IMG/VR virus record: IMGVR_UViG_3300036978_001050
Strand: one strand, 5' to 3'
DNA length: 29,588 bases
Origin: a virus
Lineage: Duplodnaviria > Caudoviricetes
Shown here in pieces: positions 1 to 8,374 of this stretch (its first letter is position 1; the number at the start of each line of letters is the position of its first letter). The notes below the pieces were generated by a model, which made no database searches, was not told the DNA's origin, and worked only from the letters and a program-made list of their open reading frames with translations. The position numbers were made by a program, and so were the translations under genes.

Positions 1-359
1 CTGGCCATTCAGAGACAATCCTGCCTCGTGCCGCACCCTGCCCCAGACCACATCGGCTCAGAGAACAATGCAGAAATTGCATACGCCTGCGGCGATGCCT
101 TGCAGCACTGGGGGTTTTGGCGCTGACGCAAGGAGCTACGACGGCCAACGGAGGTTCACAGACCCTCACAGCAACAACGCCAGCCCATACCGAATCCGCC
201 TTGGTGCAGCCTGGGCGAGGCCCGGTGCACCTGGCGGCCGCTGCCGATAGGTACAACCTCCACCAGCCAGTCCCTTTTGTAGAGCTGATCCCCCGGGAAG
301 CGAACGGGGAGGCGCCCCTGAGGTCTGGCGATCACGCCACCCGGCCTGCCCCGGCTTGC

Positions 360-418
360 GCGCCGCGCAAGGGCTGACGCGAGTCGCTGCGCTGCGCTCC
401 GCGCCCCTTGCGCGGCGC
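360..418 (+). repeat. Hairpin leader element copy A
   Basis: Perfect 14-bp stem GCGCCGCGCAAGGG (360-373) / CCCTTGCGCGGCGC (405-418); loop starts CTGACGCGAG; 45 nt upstream of ATG 464. Confidence 0.8.
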
Positions 419-463
419 TGGCGGCGCTGGGGCTTGACGGCGGTGTCGTTCGCCAGCACAGCC

Positions 464-676
464 ATGGCCGCCACCCCTCTCAGCCGCACCTGCCCGATCC
501 GCATCGTCTCGGTGCATCTGCTTGATGCCGCTGGCCGGCTTCTCAGAGTTCTGTTCCTCGATCGCGAGGGGCACATCTCGGCTGAGCCGCACTACGTGCC
601 CCGCGATGAGGCGCTGATCCTGGCCTCCAATGAACAGCGGGTGCTCGGCCCTCAGGCCAGGGTCCAGGTGCTCTGA
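464..676 (+). CDS. Small hypothetical protein (70 aa), paralog of 9099-9317
   Basis: ATG 464 within ORF 356..676; aligns end to end with the 9099 protein. Confidence 0.7.
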   Translation: MAATPLSRTCPIRIVSVHLLDAAGRLLRVLFLDREGHISAEPHYVPRDEALILASNEQRVLGPQARVQVL

Positions 677-872
677 GCGCCCGCGGCCGGAGGCCCTCCG
701 CCTCCGGCTTTCGGCTGTCGCCGCATCGCCCGTGGGCTTGGGCTTCCTGGAGCCATGGCCTGACGGTTCGACTGGGCGGTCCCTGGGCTGGGCACCCTGC
801 AGGACCGGCAGTGGGGGGGAGGGGTTGGCCCCAGGTCGGCGCACACCCACCGCATCCCTCGGGCAGTCCTCA

Positions 873-929
873 CGCCGCGTCAAGGATCGGGCCAGGCGCC
901 CTCCAGTGTCGGGCGTCCTTGCCGCGGCG
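873..929 (+). repeat. Hairpin leader element copy B
   Basis: CGCCGCGTCAAGGA (873-886) / TCCTTGCCGCGGCG (916-929), 13 of 14 paired; followed by GGGGTTCTCCGC and GTG 973. Confidence 0.65.
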
Positions 930-972
930 CTGCGGCCGGCCGGTGGGGGTGGGGTTCTCCGCCGTCCCTCAG

Positions 973-1602
973 GTGGCTTCCCCCGCTTCCTCCTCCCGTC
1001 GCCAGCAGCAGTCCACGCCTCTCAGCCGTTCTGCCCTGCGTGCCCGCAATGCCCTGGTGCTGGAGCACCTGCCCCTGGCTGATGCCCTCGCTTCCGCCGC
1101 CGCCCGCCGCCTCTTCCCGCTGGTGGAGCGGGAGGATCTGATCCAGGTGGCCCGTGAGGCCCTGGTTCGCTCCGCTCCCCGCTGCAGAGCGGGCGAGCCG
1201 CCAGCGCCCTATCTGCGCCGCTGCATCCAAGGGGCGCTGCAGCACCACCTGTGCGATCGGGTGCGGCTGGTGCGCGTGCCACGCCGGCTGCATGAGCAGG
1301 GCCAGTGCCCACTGGGGCACCTCAGCCTCGATGCCACAGCCGATAGCGAGCACTGCCTGCTCGATCAGCTGGCCTCCCCTGAGCCCGAGCCGGCATCCAG
1401 CGAGGCCATGAATGGCCTGGGGCTGGAGCAGCTGGTCGAGCAGCTGCCCGCAGCCCAGGCCACAGCCCTGCGGCTCACCGTCCTCGAGGGGCTGTCCTTG
1501 CGGGCCGCCGCGGCGCAGCTGCAGATCAGCCCGATGGCCGTTCAGCGGGCCCAGAAAAAGGCCCTCGCCGCCCTGCGCCAGCAGCTGGCAGGTGGGGGCT
1601 GA
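973..1602 (+). CDS. Sigma-70 family (SigB/F/G-like) sigma factor with regions 2 and 4, lacking region 3
   Basis: Region 2 RNALVLEHLPLA..EREDLIQVAREALV..YLRRCIQGALQHHLCD..VRVPRRLHE, then LSLD, then region-4 HTH LPAAQATALRLTVLEGLSLRAAAAQLQISPMAVQRAQKKAL. Start uncertain (GTG 973 chosen). Confidence 0.85.
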   Translation: MASPASSSRRQQQSTPLSRSALRARNALVLEHLPLADALASAAARRLFPLVEREDLIQVAREALVRSAPRCRAGEPPAPYLRRCIQGALQHHLCDRVRLVRVPRRLHEQGQCPLGHLSLDATADSEHCLLDQLASPEPEPASSEAMNGLGLEQLVEQLPAAQATALRLTVLEGLSLRAAAAQLQISPMAVQRAQKKALAALRQQLAGGG

Positions 1603-1613
1603 GGCCCCTTCAC

Positions 1614-1808
1614 TCAGCTCTGTTCAAACACCAGCGTGGAGAGTGGCCACCAGCCGCTGCCGCCCTCGTCGTAGGTCAGCTCCACCATCGGATCGGCGTC
1701 ACTGCTGTCTGCCGCCAGGTTGAGCACTGTGGCGCCGGTCTCTGGGCTGATCAGGTCGCGCCAGCAGCGCGAGCCAGTCGCTGGCAGGGGTGTCGTGGTG
1801 TCAGGCAT
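1614..1808 (-). CDS. Hypothetical protein (64 aa), last gene of the structural operon
   Basis: ATG 3 nt after the upstream stop; converges on the sigma gene. Confidence 0.65.
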   Translation of the reverse strand: MPDTTTPLPATGSRCWRDLISPETGATVLNLAADSSDADPMVELTYDEGGSGWWPLSTLVFEQS

Positions 1809-1811
1809 GGG

Positions 1812-2861
1812 TCAGGGGCTCACCATCACCCGGTTGCCAGCACCGCTGTTGCTCACAGCCACGAACTGGCGCCGCTGGGGCGACCAACAAAGCGAGCGCC
1901 AGCCCAGATCTGCCGGGGAGCTCCGCACCGTCCAACTGAGGCCATCGCCGCTGGTCATGATCCTGTTGCCGGTGCCGCTGCTGGCCGCCGCCACCAGCAG
2001 CTCCCGCTCCGGAGCCCAGCAGAGGGAGGACCAGGCGTTGTCGGCCACCGAGCTGCGGCTGCTCCAGCTGATCCCATCCGGGGAAGTCATCACTCGGTTG
2101 CCCCGGCCGCTGCTGCTCAGCGCCACCAGTAAACCGAGCTCCGCCGCCCAACAGAGTCCTATCCAGTTGTTGGTTGCAGCGGCCGTCCGCAGCGTCCAGT
2201 TGCGGCCATCGCTTGAGGTCATCACCCGCTGGTTGCTGCCGGTGCTGCTCACCGCCACCAACAACCCCAGTTGAGGCGCCCAGCAGATGGAGCGCCATTC
2301 CTGATCCGCGGCAGCAGGGCCGGCCGTCCAGGTGAGGCCATTGGAGCTGATCATCACGCGGTTGCCCGTGCCGCTGCTGGCCACGGCCACCAGCAGGCCT
2401 AGCTCGGGCGCCCAGCAGATCGAGGTCCAGTTGTTGTCGGCCGGCGTCTGGCGCAGGTTCCAGCTGCGGCCATCCTGAGAGGTCATCACCCGCTGGCCCG
2501 TGCCGCTGTCGCTGACGGCGACAAACAGCCCCAGCGCAGCGGCCCAGCAGAGCGCCACCCAGTTCTGATCAGCGGCCGCCGGTTGGGGGCTCCAGCGAAT
2601 GCCATCGCTGGAGGTCATCACCCGATTGCCGCTACCGCTGTTGGCCACGCAGACGTAGAGCTGCAACTCCGGCGACCAGCAGATCGCCTGCCAGCTGTTG
2701 TCCGCCGCCGAGCGCACGGTCGACCAGAGCACGCCGCTGATGCCCAGCACCGGTATCGGGCCAGCCAGCTCTGCCAGCGCCGCTGCCGGCAGCTGGTAGG
2801 TGCCGGCCTGGGGCCCAGCGGGACGGGTGATCGCCAGCAGGTCGCCTGGTTGGAGGGTCAT
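1812..2861 (-). CDS. Seven-bladed beta-propeller (Asp-box/BNR-like) putative receptor-binding virion protein
   Basis: Seven ~44-aa repeats ADxxWxxICWxPELGLxVAVxxSGxGNRVMTSxDGxxW. Confidence 0.85.
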   Translation of the reverse strand: MTLQPGDLLAITRPAGPQAGTYQLPAAALAELAGPIPVLGISGVLWSTVRSAADNSWQAICWSPELQLYVCVANSGSGNRVMTSSDGIRWSPQPAAADQNWVALCWAAALGLFVAVSDSGTGQRVMTSQDGRSWNLRQTPADNNWTSICWAPELGLLVAVASSGTGNRVMISSNGLTWTAGPAAADQEWRSICWAPQLGLLVAVSSTGSNQRVMTSSDGRNWTLRTAAATNNWIGLCWAAELGLLVALSSSGRGNRVMTSPDGISWSSRSSVADNAWSSLCWAPERELLVAAASSGTGNRIMTSGDGLSWTVRSSPADLGWRSLCWSPQRRQFVAVSNSGAGNRVMVSP

Positions 2862-2873
2862 CTGCTGCGGCGC

Positions 2874-3551
2874 TCAGGGCAGAGCCGGCAGGGTGCTCAG
2901 GTCCAGCGGCATGTAGTCGCCGGCCGGCTGGGCAGTGGCCATCGCCGCCTGCAGCTGGGCCGCATCCACCACCCGCCCGGGCGTGCCGTCTGCCAGCGCC
3001 AATGGGTCGGCCAGCTGCACTACCCCCGACGCCTCGGCCGTGGCCAGGACCACGCTGAGCAGCGGTTGGGCGGGATCGCTCTCATCGACGGCCAGCGGAA
3101 CGGCCACCTGGATGCGGATCACCCCGGCGCCATCGGGCCCCAGGGCGGCGTTGGCGCTCCAGCTCGTGCCGTCAAACAGCAACAGATCCCCCTGGGCGAT
3201 CTCCGCTCCGGCGATGCCGCTCCAGCTCGCCAGGGCAGGGCCGGCGCTGCTGGCCAGGTACACATCTCCGGCCACAGCCCCAGCCGGGGCCTCGGTGGTG
3301 GTGGGGTCGATCGCGCCCCTGTAGGTGAGCGCGCCGGGGATGGCGGCATGGAGGGTGCCGTCGGCATCCACCGAGAGGTTGGTACCGGGCCTGATCGCCC
3401 CGATCGCCGCCGCGGTGGCCGGGCTGAGCATGAACGCCTTGACCTCATCAGCAGTGGCCCGGTAGGGCGTGCTGCCGCGCTGCACCAGCAGCAGATCGGT
3501 CGGCTGGGGCAGGGAACGGCCGGCGGTGCGGCTCTCGGTGGTGGTGGCCAT
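2874..3551 (-). CDS. Putative fibre/decoration virion protein
   Basis: Fibre-like motifs IGAIRPGTNLSVDADGTL, LTYRGAID, GDVYL, GDLLLFDGTSW, ATAEASGVVQLA; structural operon context. Confidence 0.7.
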   Translation of the reverse strand: MATTTESRTAGRSLPQPTDLLLVQRGSTPYRATADEVKAFMLSPATAAAIGAIRPGTNLSVDADGTLHAAIPGALTYRGAIDPTTTEAPAGAVAGDVYLASSAGPALASWSGIAGAEIAQGDLLLFDGTSWSANAALGPDGAGVIRIQVAVPLAVDESDPAQPLLSVVLATAEASGVVQLADPLALADGTPGRVVDAAQLQAAMATAQPAGDYMPLDLSTLPALP

Positions 3552-3591
3552 GGTGATCCGTGCAGAAGGGGAGAGAGGTGGAGGGGAGAAA

Positions 3592-3834
3592 TCAGTGCGG
3601 CAAGGGGCTGAGCAGGCGCAGGTCCAGCGCGATCACCACCACCCCATCGCCGGCAGTGGCACTGATGAGCGGCGCCAGTGCCTGCATTGCCGTGATGCCG
3701 CCGGTGGGCGGCGGTTCAGGGGTGCCGCCGTCCTGCAGCTGGGCCTGGCCCAGGAAGATCACCCCCTGGGGCCGGCTGCTGCTGCGGCACTGGGCCGTCA
3801 GCTCGGCCAGCACAGCCGGATCGGGAGTGGCCAT
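3592..3834 (-). CDS. Hypothetical virion-associated protein (80 aa)
   Basis: Fits between neighbouring genes; C-terminal ALDLRLLSPLP resembles PLDLSTLPALP of the next gene; preceded by CTGGCAACAG. Confidence 0.6.
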   Translation of the reverse strand: MATPDPAVLAELTAQCRSSSRPQGVIFLGQAQLQDGGTPEPPPTGGITAMQALAPLISATAGDGVVVIALDLRLLSPLPH

Positions 3835-3858
3835 CGACGCCAGGGCAGTGCTGCTGAG

Positions 3859-3868
3859 CTGTTGCCAG
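3859..3868 (-). promoter_or_regulatory. CTGGCAACAG motif (putative late promoter element)
   Basis: Exact 10-mer, intergenic, in sense orientation upstream of ATG 3834. Confidence 0.6.
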
Positions 3869-3914
3869 CCCCCAGCCAGGAATGCGCTGGCCGGGGCAGC
3901 GCAGGCTGCAGGGA

Positions 3915-4628
3915 TCAGAGCAGGGCATCCCCCAGCTCCAGGGCCGCGAGATCGGCGGCATCGTTGCTGCTCTCATTCGTGGCATCGCTGCTGCCGCTGG
4001 CAGTGCCCGATGCACTGGCCTTGGCCTCCAGCGCCATGGCCTGCTCCACCAGCTCGGCCTTGGTCTGGCTGCTATCGAGCTCCACGCCGTAGACGGTGGA
4101 GCAGAACTCGACGATCTGGGCCTTGGTCATGGCCTGGAAGTCAGTGGGCTGTGAGGCAAGCAGGGCCTCGCCACCATCGGTGGTGGTCTCTAACCGGTCG
4201 TCGGTAGGAGTGGGCTCATCGGGTGTCGGGGCGGGATCCGGCGCTTCCGGTTGCTCGGGCTCGAGGTCCAGCGCATCCGCCAGCTCCGGTTCCGGCGCGT
4301 TGTCCCCGGAGTCCACCGGGACCGGCTCATCGCCGCCACTGGCGGGGCTGAGCAACTGCCAGCCCAGGGCCTGCCAGCCGGCCAGGTGCACCGGCCAGAT
4401 CGAGCGGGTCGCACTGTCCTTGCCGATCAGCAGCTGGCTGGGCGGCAGCAGCGCTGCATCGCCTACACCTGGATCCGGTGTGACGTTGAGCCGCTGCTCC
4501 GGGCCCGAGAGGCGAACAGGCGTGGAGTCGGGGTTGCTGCTGTCGAGAGGCTGCAGCAGCTCCAGCGGCAGGGCCTCAGCTCCAGCCGCCACGTTGAGGG
4601 TGTCGAGTGGGTTGCCCATGGCGCTCAC
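3915..4628 (-). CDS. Acidic protein with C-terminal HeH/SAP/Rho-N-like motif
   Basis: DFQAMTKAQIVEFCSTVYGVELDSSQTKAELVEQA; such genes commonly follow capsid genes. Start GTG 4628 or ATG 4619. Confidence 0.7.
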   Translation of the reverse strand: MSAMGNPLDTLNVAAGAEALPLELLQPLDSSNPDSTPVRLSGPEQRLNVTPDPGVGDAALLPPSQLLIGKDSATRSIWPVHLAGWQALGWQLLSPASGGDEPVPVDSGDNAPEPELADALDLEPEQPEAPDPAPTPDEPTPTDDRLETTTDGGEALLASQPTDFQAMTKAQIVEFCSTVYGVELDSSQTKAELVEQAMALEAKASASGTASGSSDATNESSNDAADLAALELGDALL

Positions 4629-4629
4629 C

Positions 4630-5064
4630 TCACAGCCCCTGGTTGGCGGTGAGCGCCACGGTCATCCCGGCAGGCGTGCCAGGCGAAACCGTCGCCCGCG
4701 CCAGCCGCAGGCAGGGCGGCGTGATCAGTGCGCTGTCAGCCGGGTTGATCAGCAGGGCGGCGCCGCTGATGATCGCCTCGACCTTGCCGCCTGCGGCGGG
4801 GATGGCGACGGCCGCGGCGGTGATCCAGCTGCCGGCGTTGCCATCGGCCAGCAGCGGCGCCAGCTCCAGGGTCACCGTCACCGCCCCGCTATGGCCGGGG
4901 TGGGAAGCCACCAGCACAAAGGAGCTGGTGGCATCGAGATCGGTGCCGAGGTTGACGACATCACCGCTGCTGCGGGTGTGCTCGTAGCAGTCAGTGGCGG
5001 AGTGGTTGATCCAGCCGACGAGCACCGTCTGGGCGTCGAGCAGCCGGGTGGCTTGAGAGGTCAT
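4630..5064 (-). CDS. Putative capsid cement/decoration protein
   Basis: 144 aa, directly downstream of the capsid gene; N-terminal LLDAQTVL..SGDVVNLG resembles BPP-1 Bbp16-type cement proteins (from memory). Confidence 0.6.
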   Translation of the reverse strand: MTSQATRLLDAQTVLVGWINHSATDCYEHTRSSGDVVNLGTDLDATSSFVLVASHPGHSGAVTVTLELAPLLADGNAGSWITAAAVAIPAAGGKVEAIISGAALLINPADSALITPPCLRLARATVSPGTPAGMTVALTANQGL

Positions 5065-5129
5065 GGATGGAGCTCCTGGGGGAAATGAATGAGTGGTTCT
5101 GGGCAGTTCTCCTGGGTTGGGGCTGGCGT

Positions 5130-6038
5130 TCAGGGCAGTACCAGCGGCATCGGCGCCACGTTGAACAGGCGTGCGGCGGCCTTGCGGTTGCACACCGCAA
5201 AACCCACGTACCAATCCACACGCGTGCGGAACACCGGCGCGTCGTGCACCTCCCCGAAGTCCCGGACCGAGATCCCGTAGCGCCCCTCAAACGGGCCCTG
5301 CAGTCCGCAGACCGCCGCATCGCCGAGCACGCAGCAGTAGATCGAGGTGGTGCCTGCCGGTTCGTCGTAGCCGAGCACGGCGTTGCCCTCGGCGTCCTCC
5401 TCCACCAGCAGGATCTCGATCCCCTCGAAGAAATGCCGCCCGTCGATCACCTCGTAGAGGTCGCCGCCGGCCTGGCGGGAGGCGGTGCTGATCTGGCGGC
5501 GGGCGGCCTTGCTGGCGATCAACACCTTGTCGCCGCCGTAGCCGATCACGCTGTCGGTCAGCGCCTCCAGCGCCAGCAGGTTCAGCGTGCTGCCGCCGTT
5601 GTCGATCGTCTGGTCCTCGCCGGGCACCAGGCGCTTGCTCAGCCCGTTGAACGCCCGCGGATCAAAGGTGTCGTCGCCGTTGATGATCGCTGCCTCCAGG
5701 GTGAGGCGCATCGAGCGCACCTTCATCTCGGTCTGGGCAGCACGGGCCTCCGGGCCCTGTAGGTCCACGATCGAGCGGTCCACATCCAGGTCGCCGCCAA
5801 AGAGGTGCACGAACTCCGAATCGGAGTTGATCACCCCGTAGCTCTGGCGGTAGCCCTCGTTGACGGCCCGAAAACCCACGCGGGGGAGTTTCGTTTCCGC
5901 CGGGAAGCTCAACGAGCCACCGACAAGGTTGCGGAAGGGCAGGCGGCGCAGCAGCTCCCCCTCCGCAAAGGTCTTGAGCACCGCTAGCTGCTCAGCACGG
6001 CGGGCGTATTTCTGCGCCTCGATCAAGGTCAGGCCCAA
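5130..6038 (-). CDS. Major capsid protein (HK97 fold, probably epsilon15 gp7/BPP-1-like)
   Basis: MGLTLIEAQK..LPRVGFRAVNEGY..FGGDLDVDRSIV..FNGLSKRL..FRTRVDWYVGFAV..AAARL; TTG 6038 has GGAG 7 nt upstream. Confidence 0.85.
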   Translation of the reverse strand: MGLTLIEAQKYARRAEQLAVLKTFAEGELLRRLPFRNLVGGSLSFPAETKLPRVGFRAVNEGYRQSYGVINSDSEFVHLFGGDLDVDRSIVDLQGPEARAAQTEMKVRSMRLTLEAAIINGDDTFDPRAFNGLSKRLVPGEDQTIDNGGSTLNLLALEALTDSVIGYGGDKVLIASKAARRQISTASRQAGGDLYEVIDGRHFFEGIEILLVEEDAEGNAVLGYDEPAGTTSIYCCVLGDAAVCGLQGPFEGRYGISVRDFGEVHDAPVFRTRVDWYVGFAVCNRKAAARLFNVAPMPLVLP

Positions 6039-6077
6039 GGGCACGCTCCAGGGGCCTGGCCCCAGTGACAACAGCAG

Positions 6078-6087
6078 CTGTTGCCAG
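6078..6087 (-). promoter_or_regulatory. CTGGCAACAG motif upstream of the capsid gene
   Basis: Exact 10-mer, intergenic, sense orientation. Confidence 0.6.
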
Positions 6088-6104
6088 GTCGCTTGTGGGC
6101 AGGG

Positions 6105-6134
6105 TGAACCCTGAGGTTCAGGCTGTTTAGCCTG
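6105..6134. promoter_or_regulatory. Two adjacent palindromes upstream of the TA operon (putative autoregulatory operators)
   Basis: TGAACC-ctga-GGTTCA (6105-6120) and CAGGCT-gttt-AGCCTG (6119-6134). Confidence 0.45.
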
Positions 6135-6139
6135 GGGCG

Positions 6140-6358
6140 ATGACCAATCCCCAGCTCACCGAGAACCTGCTTGCGGTGATCCGCAGCCTGCCGGCTGACG
6201 ATCGCCGCTGGCTGCTCAGGCAGCTGGAGCAGGACAGCAGCGACCTGAGTCACGGGGCCCTGGCTGAGATGGCGATGGCCGGGGGTGCCTTTGACGACCT
6301 GGCGGCTGAGCCTGACCTCTACAGCTTCTCTGACGGAGAAGCGATCGGCGCCGGCTGA
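6140..6358 (+). CDS. Putative type II antitoxin
   Basis: 72 aa, acidic C-terminus (AFDDLAAEPDLYS); its TGA overlaps the toxin ATG. Confidence 0.75.
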   Translation: MTNPQLTENLLAVIRSLPADDRRWLLRQLEQDSSDLSHGALAEMAMAGGAFDDLAAEPDLYSFSDGEAIGAG

Positions 6359-6705
6359 TGCTGAGCCGCTACGACATCGTGCTGGTCGCCTTCCCATTCA
6401 CGGATGGGCCTGCGGCCAAGCCTCGGCCGGCCTTGGTGATCACCACCAGTGAGCGCCATGGGGATGTGTTGCTGGCCTTCATCAGCTCCAACGTCAGCGG
6501 GCCGCCGGGCCGCGATGAGCTCGACATCCCTGCCGATCATCCGGGCTTCTCAGACACCGGCCTGAAGGTGAGCTCGAGGATCCGGCTCAGCCGCATGACA
6601 ACCCTGGCGATGCCACTGGTGAAACGGCGCATCGGGCTGCTGCCGCTGGCCTTGCAGACGGAATCCCAGCAGGTGCTGCAGCGGGTGATCGGCGGCCAAG
6701 GCTGA
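6358..6705 (+). CDS. mazF: PemK/MazF family endoribonuclease toxin
   Basis: RYDIVLVAFPFTD...KPRPALVI...ISS...TGLKVSSRIRLSRMTTL...IG. Confidence 0.9.
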   Translation: MLSRYDIVLVAFPFTDGPAAKPRPALVITTSERHGDVLLAFISSNVSGPPGRDELDIPADHPGFSDTGLKVSSRIRLSRMTTLAMPLVKRRIGLLPLALQTESQQVLQRVIGGQG

Positions 6706-6840
6706 GCGTTCCCCTGTTGGCCAGTTCGTGGCTGTGACAGCAGTGGGCGGCACCGGTTTCCAATCCCGTGCCCGGTAGCGGCCTGGGCCCCTGCCCCACC
6801 AGCTCCTGGTGGATCGGCTACGCGCAGCCCTCCTCATGGT

Positions 6841-6937
6841 CCGGGCGGCCTCAAGGGCTGCGCAAGTCAGCCGGACTGGTGCGTTGGCTGCGCTGCGCTC
6901 CGCATGTCGGAGGGGGCTGCCCCTTGACCCCGCCCGG
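6841..6937 (+). repeat. Hairpin leader element copy C
   Basis: CCGGGCGGccTCAAGGG (6841-6857) / CCCTTGAccCCGCCCGG (6921-6937); loop starts CTGCGCAAG and contains GCTGCGCTGCGCTCCGC (6887-6903), identical to 386-402. Confidence 0.75.
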
Positions 6938-6967
6938 CCTGCTTCGGGGTCTCCGCTGCGCCTTCCC

Positions 6968-7168
6968 ATGGCCACCGCATCCCGGATCCGCTCCTTCCAG
7001 TCCCTCAGCACCCGCACCCTGGAGCTCTATTGCGAGGAGGCCTCGGCCCATGAGCCCATGCCGCTGGAGCGGCTGGAGCGGCTCTGCGCCGATCTCCTTT
7101 TTGAGCGCCAGCTGGCCACGGCACCCTCGGTGCCGCTCTGGTGCCCGGAGAGCGAGATCCCCTTCTGA
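6968..7168 (+). CDS. Small hypothetical protein (66 aa) ending in an SSB-like tail (ESEIPF)
   Basis: ATG 6968 in ORF 6809..7168; lies between hairpin C and an intrinsic terminator. Confidence 0.65.
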   Translation: MATASRIRSFQSLSTRTLELYCEEASAHEPMPLERLERLCADLLFERQLATAPSVPLWCPESEIPF

Positions 7169-7182
7169 GGGGCCAGCTCCCT

Positions 7183-7211
7183 GCCCCGGCTGCGGCCGGG
7201 GCTCTCTTTTT
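7183..7211 (+). terminator. Rho-independent terminator
   Basis: GCCCCGGC-tgcg-GCCGGGGC followed by TCTCTTTTT. Confidence 0.75.
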
Positions 7212-7279
7212 GCCCTCACCGGGTCAGACCCAGAGGACAGGCCCAGAAGGCGGACCTAGAAGGCCAGCCCAGGCCCCCT

Positions 7280-7289
7280 CTGGCAACAG
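7280..7289 (+). promoter_or_regulatory. CTGGCAACAG motif upstream of the lysis-like cassette
   Basis: Exact 10-mer on the + strand, 23 nt before ATG 7313. Confidence 0.6.
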
Positions 7290-7312
7290 GTTCCAGCTCC
7301 TTCTCCCAGTCC

Positions 7313-8056
7313 ATGGCCAGCCCCATGACCCCCGAGCGGTTCCAGGACCGCTTTGAGGCCTTCTGCTCGGAAGCACAGCAGGTCTCTGGCGTCCGCACCC
7401 TCCATGCCGCGATCCAGGCACTGCCCGGCAGTGAGGCCGTCCTCGATGAGCAGGCCCCCTGGGCCCTCACCTTCAGTGAGACCCCGGCTGCGTCCCCGAC
7501 GCCGGCAGCCCCCAGCGGTGGTCTTGATCCCCGTGGTTCAGAGGAGGCCGGCATGGCCGGCCCCAGCAAGGCCGCCCCGGTCCAGCCCGGCGACTCCTAC
7601 CTGCTGGTGAACGACCGGGACCAGGACATGGAGGCCTACGACCACACCGGCGCCTTCCTCTGGAAGATCCCCTGCCTGGCCCGCGGCCAGGGCGCCGACA
7701 CCGACTGGACCCAGAACAGCACCGACACCCCGCCTGGGCTCTACAAGCTCGGCCGGCTCTATGCCGACTACGAGCAGAACCCCAACCCGCCCTGCTCCGA
7801 TACCGCCATGGGCTACGGCTGGTACTCCTTCGACATGGAGGAGCTGGAGGGCCAGGAGGTGGCCCATGGTCGGGCCGGGATCATGCTCCACGGCGGCGGC
7901 TCGGCCTGTGGCTGGCCCGGCGCCTGGGCACCGCAGCAGCCCCTGCACCCCACCCTCGGTTGCGTCCGCCTGCACAACGCCGATCTGCGCGACAAGGTGC
8001 TGCCCCTCTACCGGCAGGGCACCGTCTATGTGGGGGTCTTCCAGGAAAAAAAGTGA
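7313..8056 (+). CDS. L,D-transpeptidase (YkuD) domain protein, putative endolysin
   Basis: DTPPGLY...GIMLHGGG...PTLGCVRL (YkuD His/Cys catalytic motif); no signal peptide; followed by a holin-like gene. Confidence 0.8.
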   Translation: MASPMTPERFQDRFEAFCSEAQQVSGVRTLHAAIQALPGSEAVLDEQAPWALTFSETPAASPTPAAPSGGLDPRGSEEAGMAGPSKAAPVQPGDSYLLVNDRDQDMEAYDHTGAFLWKIPCLARGQGADTDWTQNSTDTPPGLYKLGRLYADYEQNPNPPCSDTAMGYGWYSFDMEELEGQEVAHGRAGIMLHGGGSACGWPGAWAPQQPLHPTLGCVRLHNADLRDKVLPLYRQGTVYVGVFQEKK

Positions 8057-8107
8057 CGGCGGCTCTGGTGCCGCCAGCTGGGGCCTGATCGCGAGGGAAG
8101 AGCAGCG

Positions 8108-8374
8108 ATGGACTCAGGACCACTGGCCCGACCGCCCAAGCCGCCGTTTGACCGTGAGCGGTTCGTCTTCAAGATCCTGGCGCTGGTGATCGGCACCCAG
8201 CTGCTGATCTATACGCTGGCTGCTGGGGTCTGCGGCCAGCGGGCGCTGGAGGGGCGATCGATCGGGCAGATCTGCCCCGGCACGCTGGAGCAGCTGCAGG
8301 GCGGCTTTGATTCCACCCTCAAGTTGCTGCTGGCGCTTCTGGGTGGGGCAGCGCTGACGCGGATGGACCGGTAA
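8108..8374 (+). CDS. Small membrane protein, putative holin
   Basis: 88 aa with two hydrophobic segments (ILALVIGTQLLIYTLAAGV; LLLALLGGAAL). Confidence 0.55.
   Translation: MDSGPLARPPKPPFDRERFVFKILALVIGTQLLIYTLAAGVCGQRALEGRSIGQICPGTLEQLQGGFDSTLKLLLALLGGAALTRMDR

Noticed and set aside
1-300. Second att site or genes at the left edge (ORFs 68..250, 117..377); GCTGACGCAAGG at 122-133 resembles the hairpin loop
   Set aside because: No tRNA 3' duplicate, no protein motifs and no flanking stem were found.
1833-1840. Extra CTGGCAAC copy upstream of the 64-aa gene
   Set aside because: It lies in coding sequence for a Gly-Asn that recurs in the propeller repeats, so it may be coincidental.
1812-6038. 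Diversity-generating retroelement (BPP-1-like capsid plus receptor-binding gene)
   Set aside because: No reverse transcriptase and no template/variable repeat pair differing at adenines were seen.
6809-6967. N-terminal extensions of ORFs 356..676, 811..1602, 6809..7168 and 8916..9317
   Set aside because: They run through the hairpin leaders and give low-complexity Arg/Ala/Gly peptides; downstream starts fit better.
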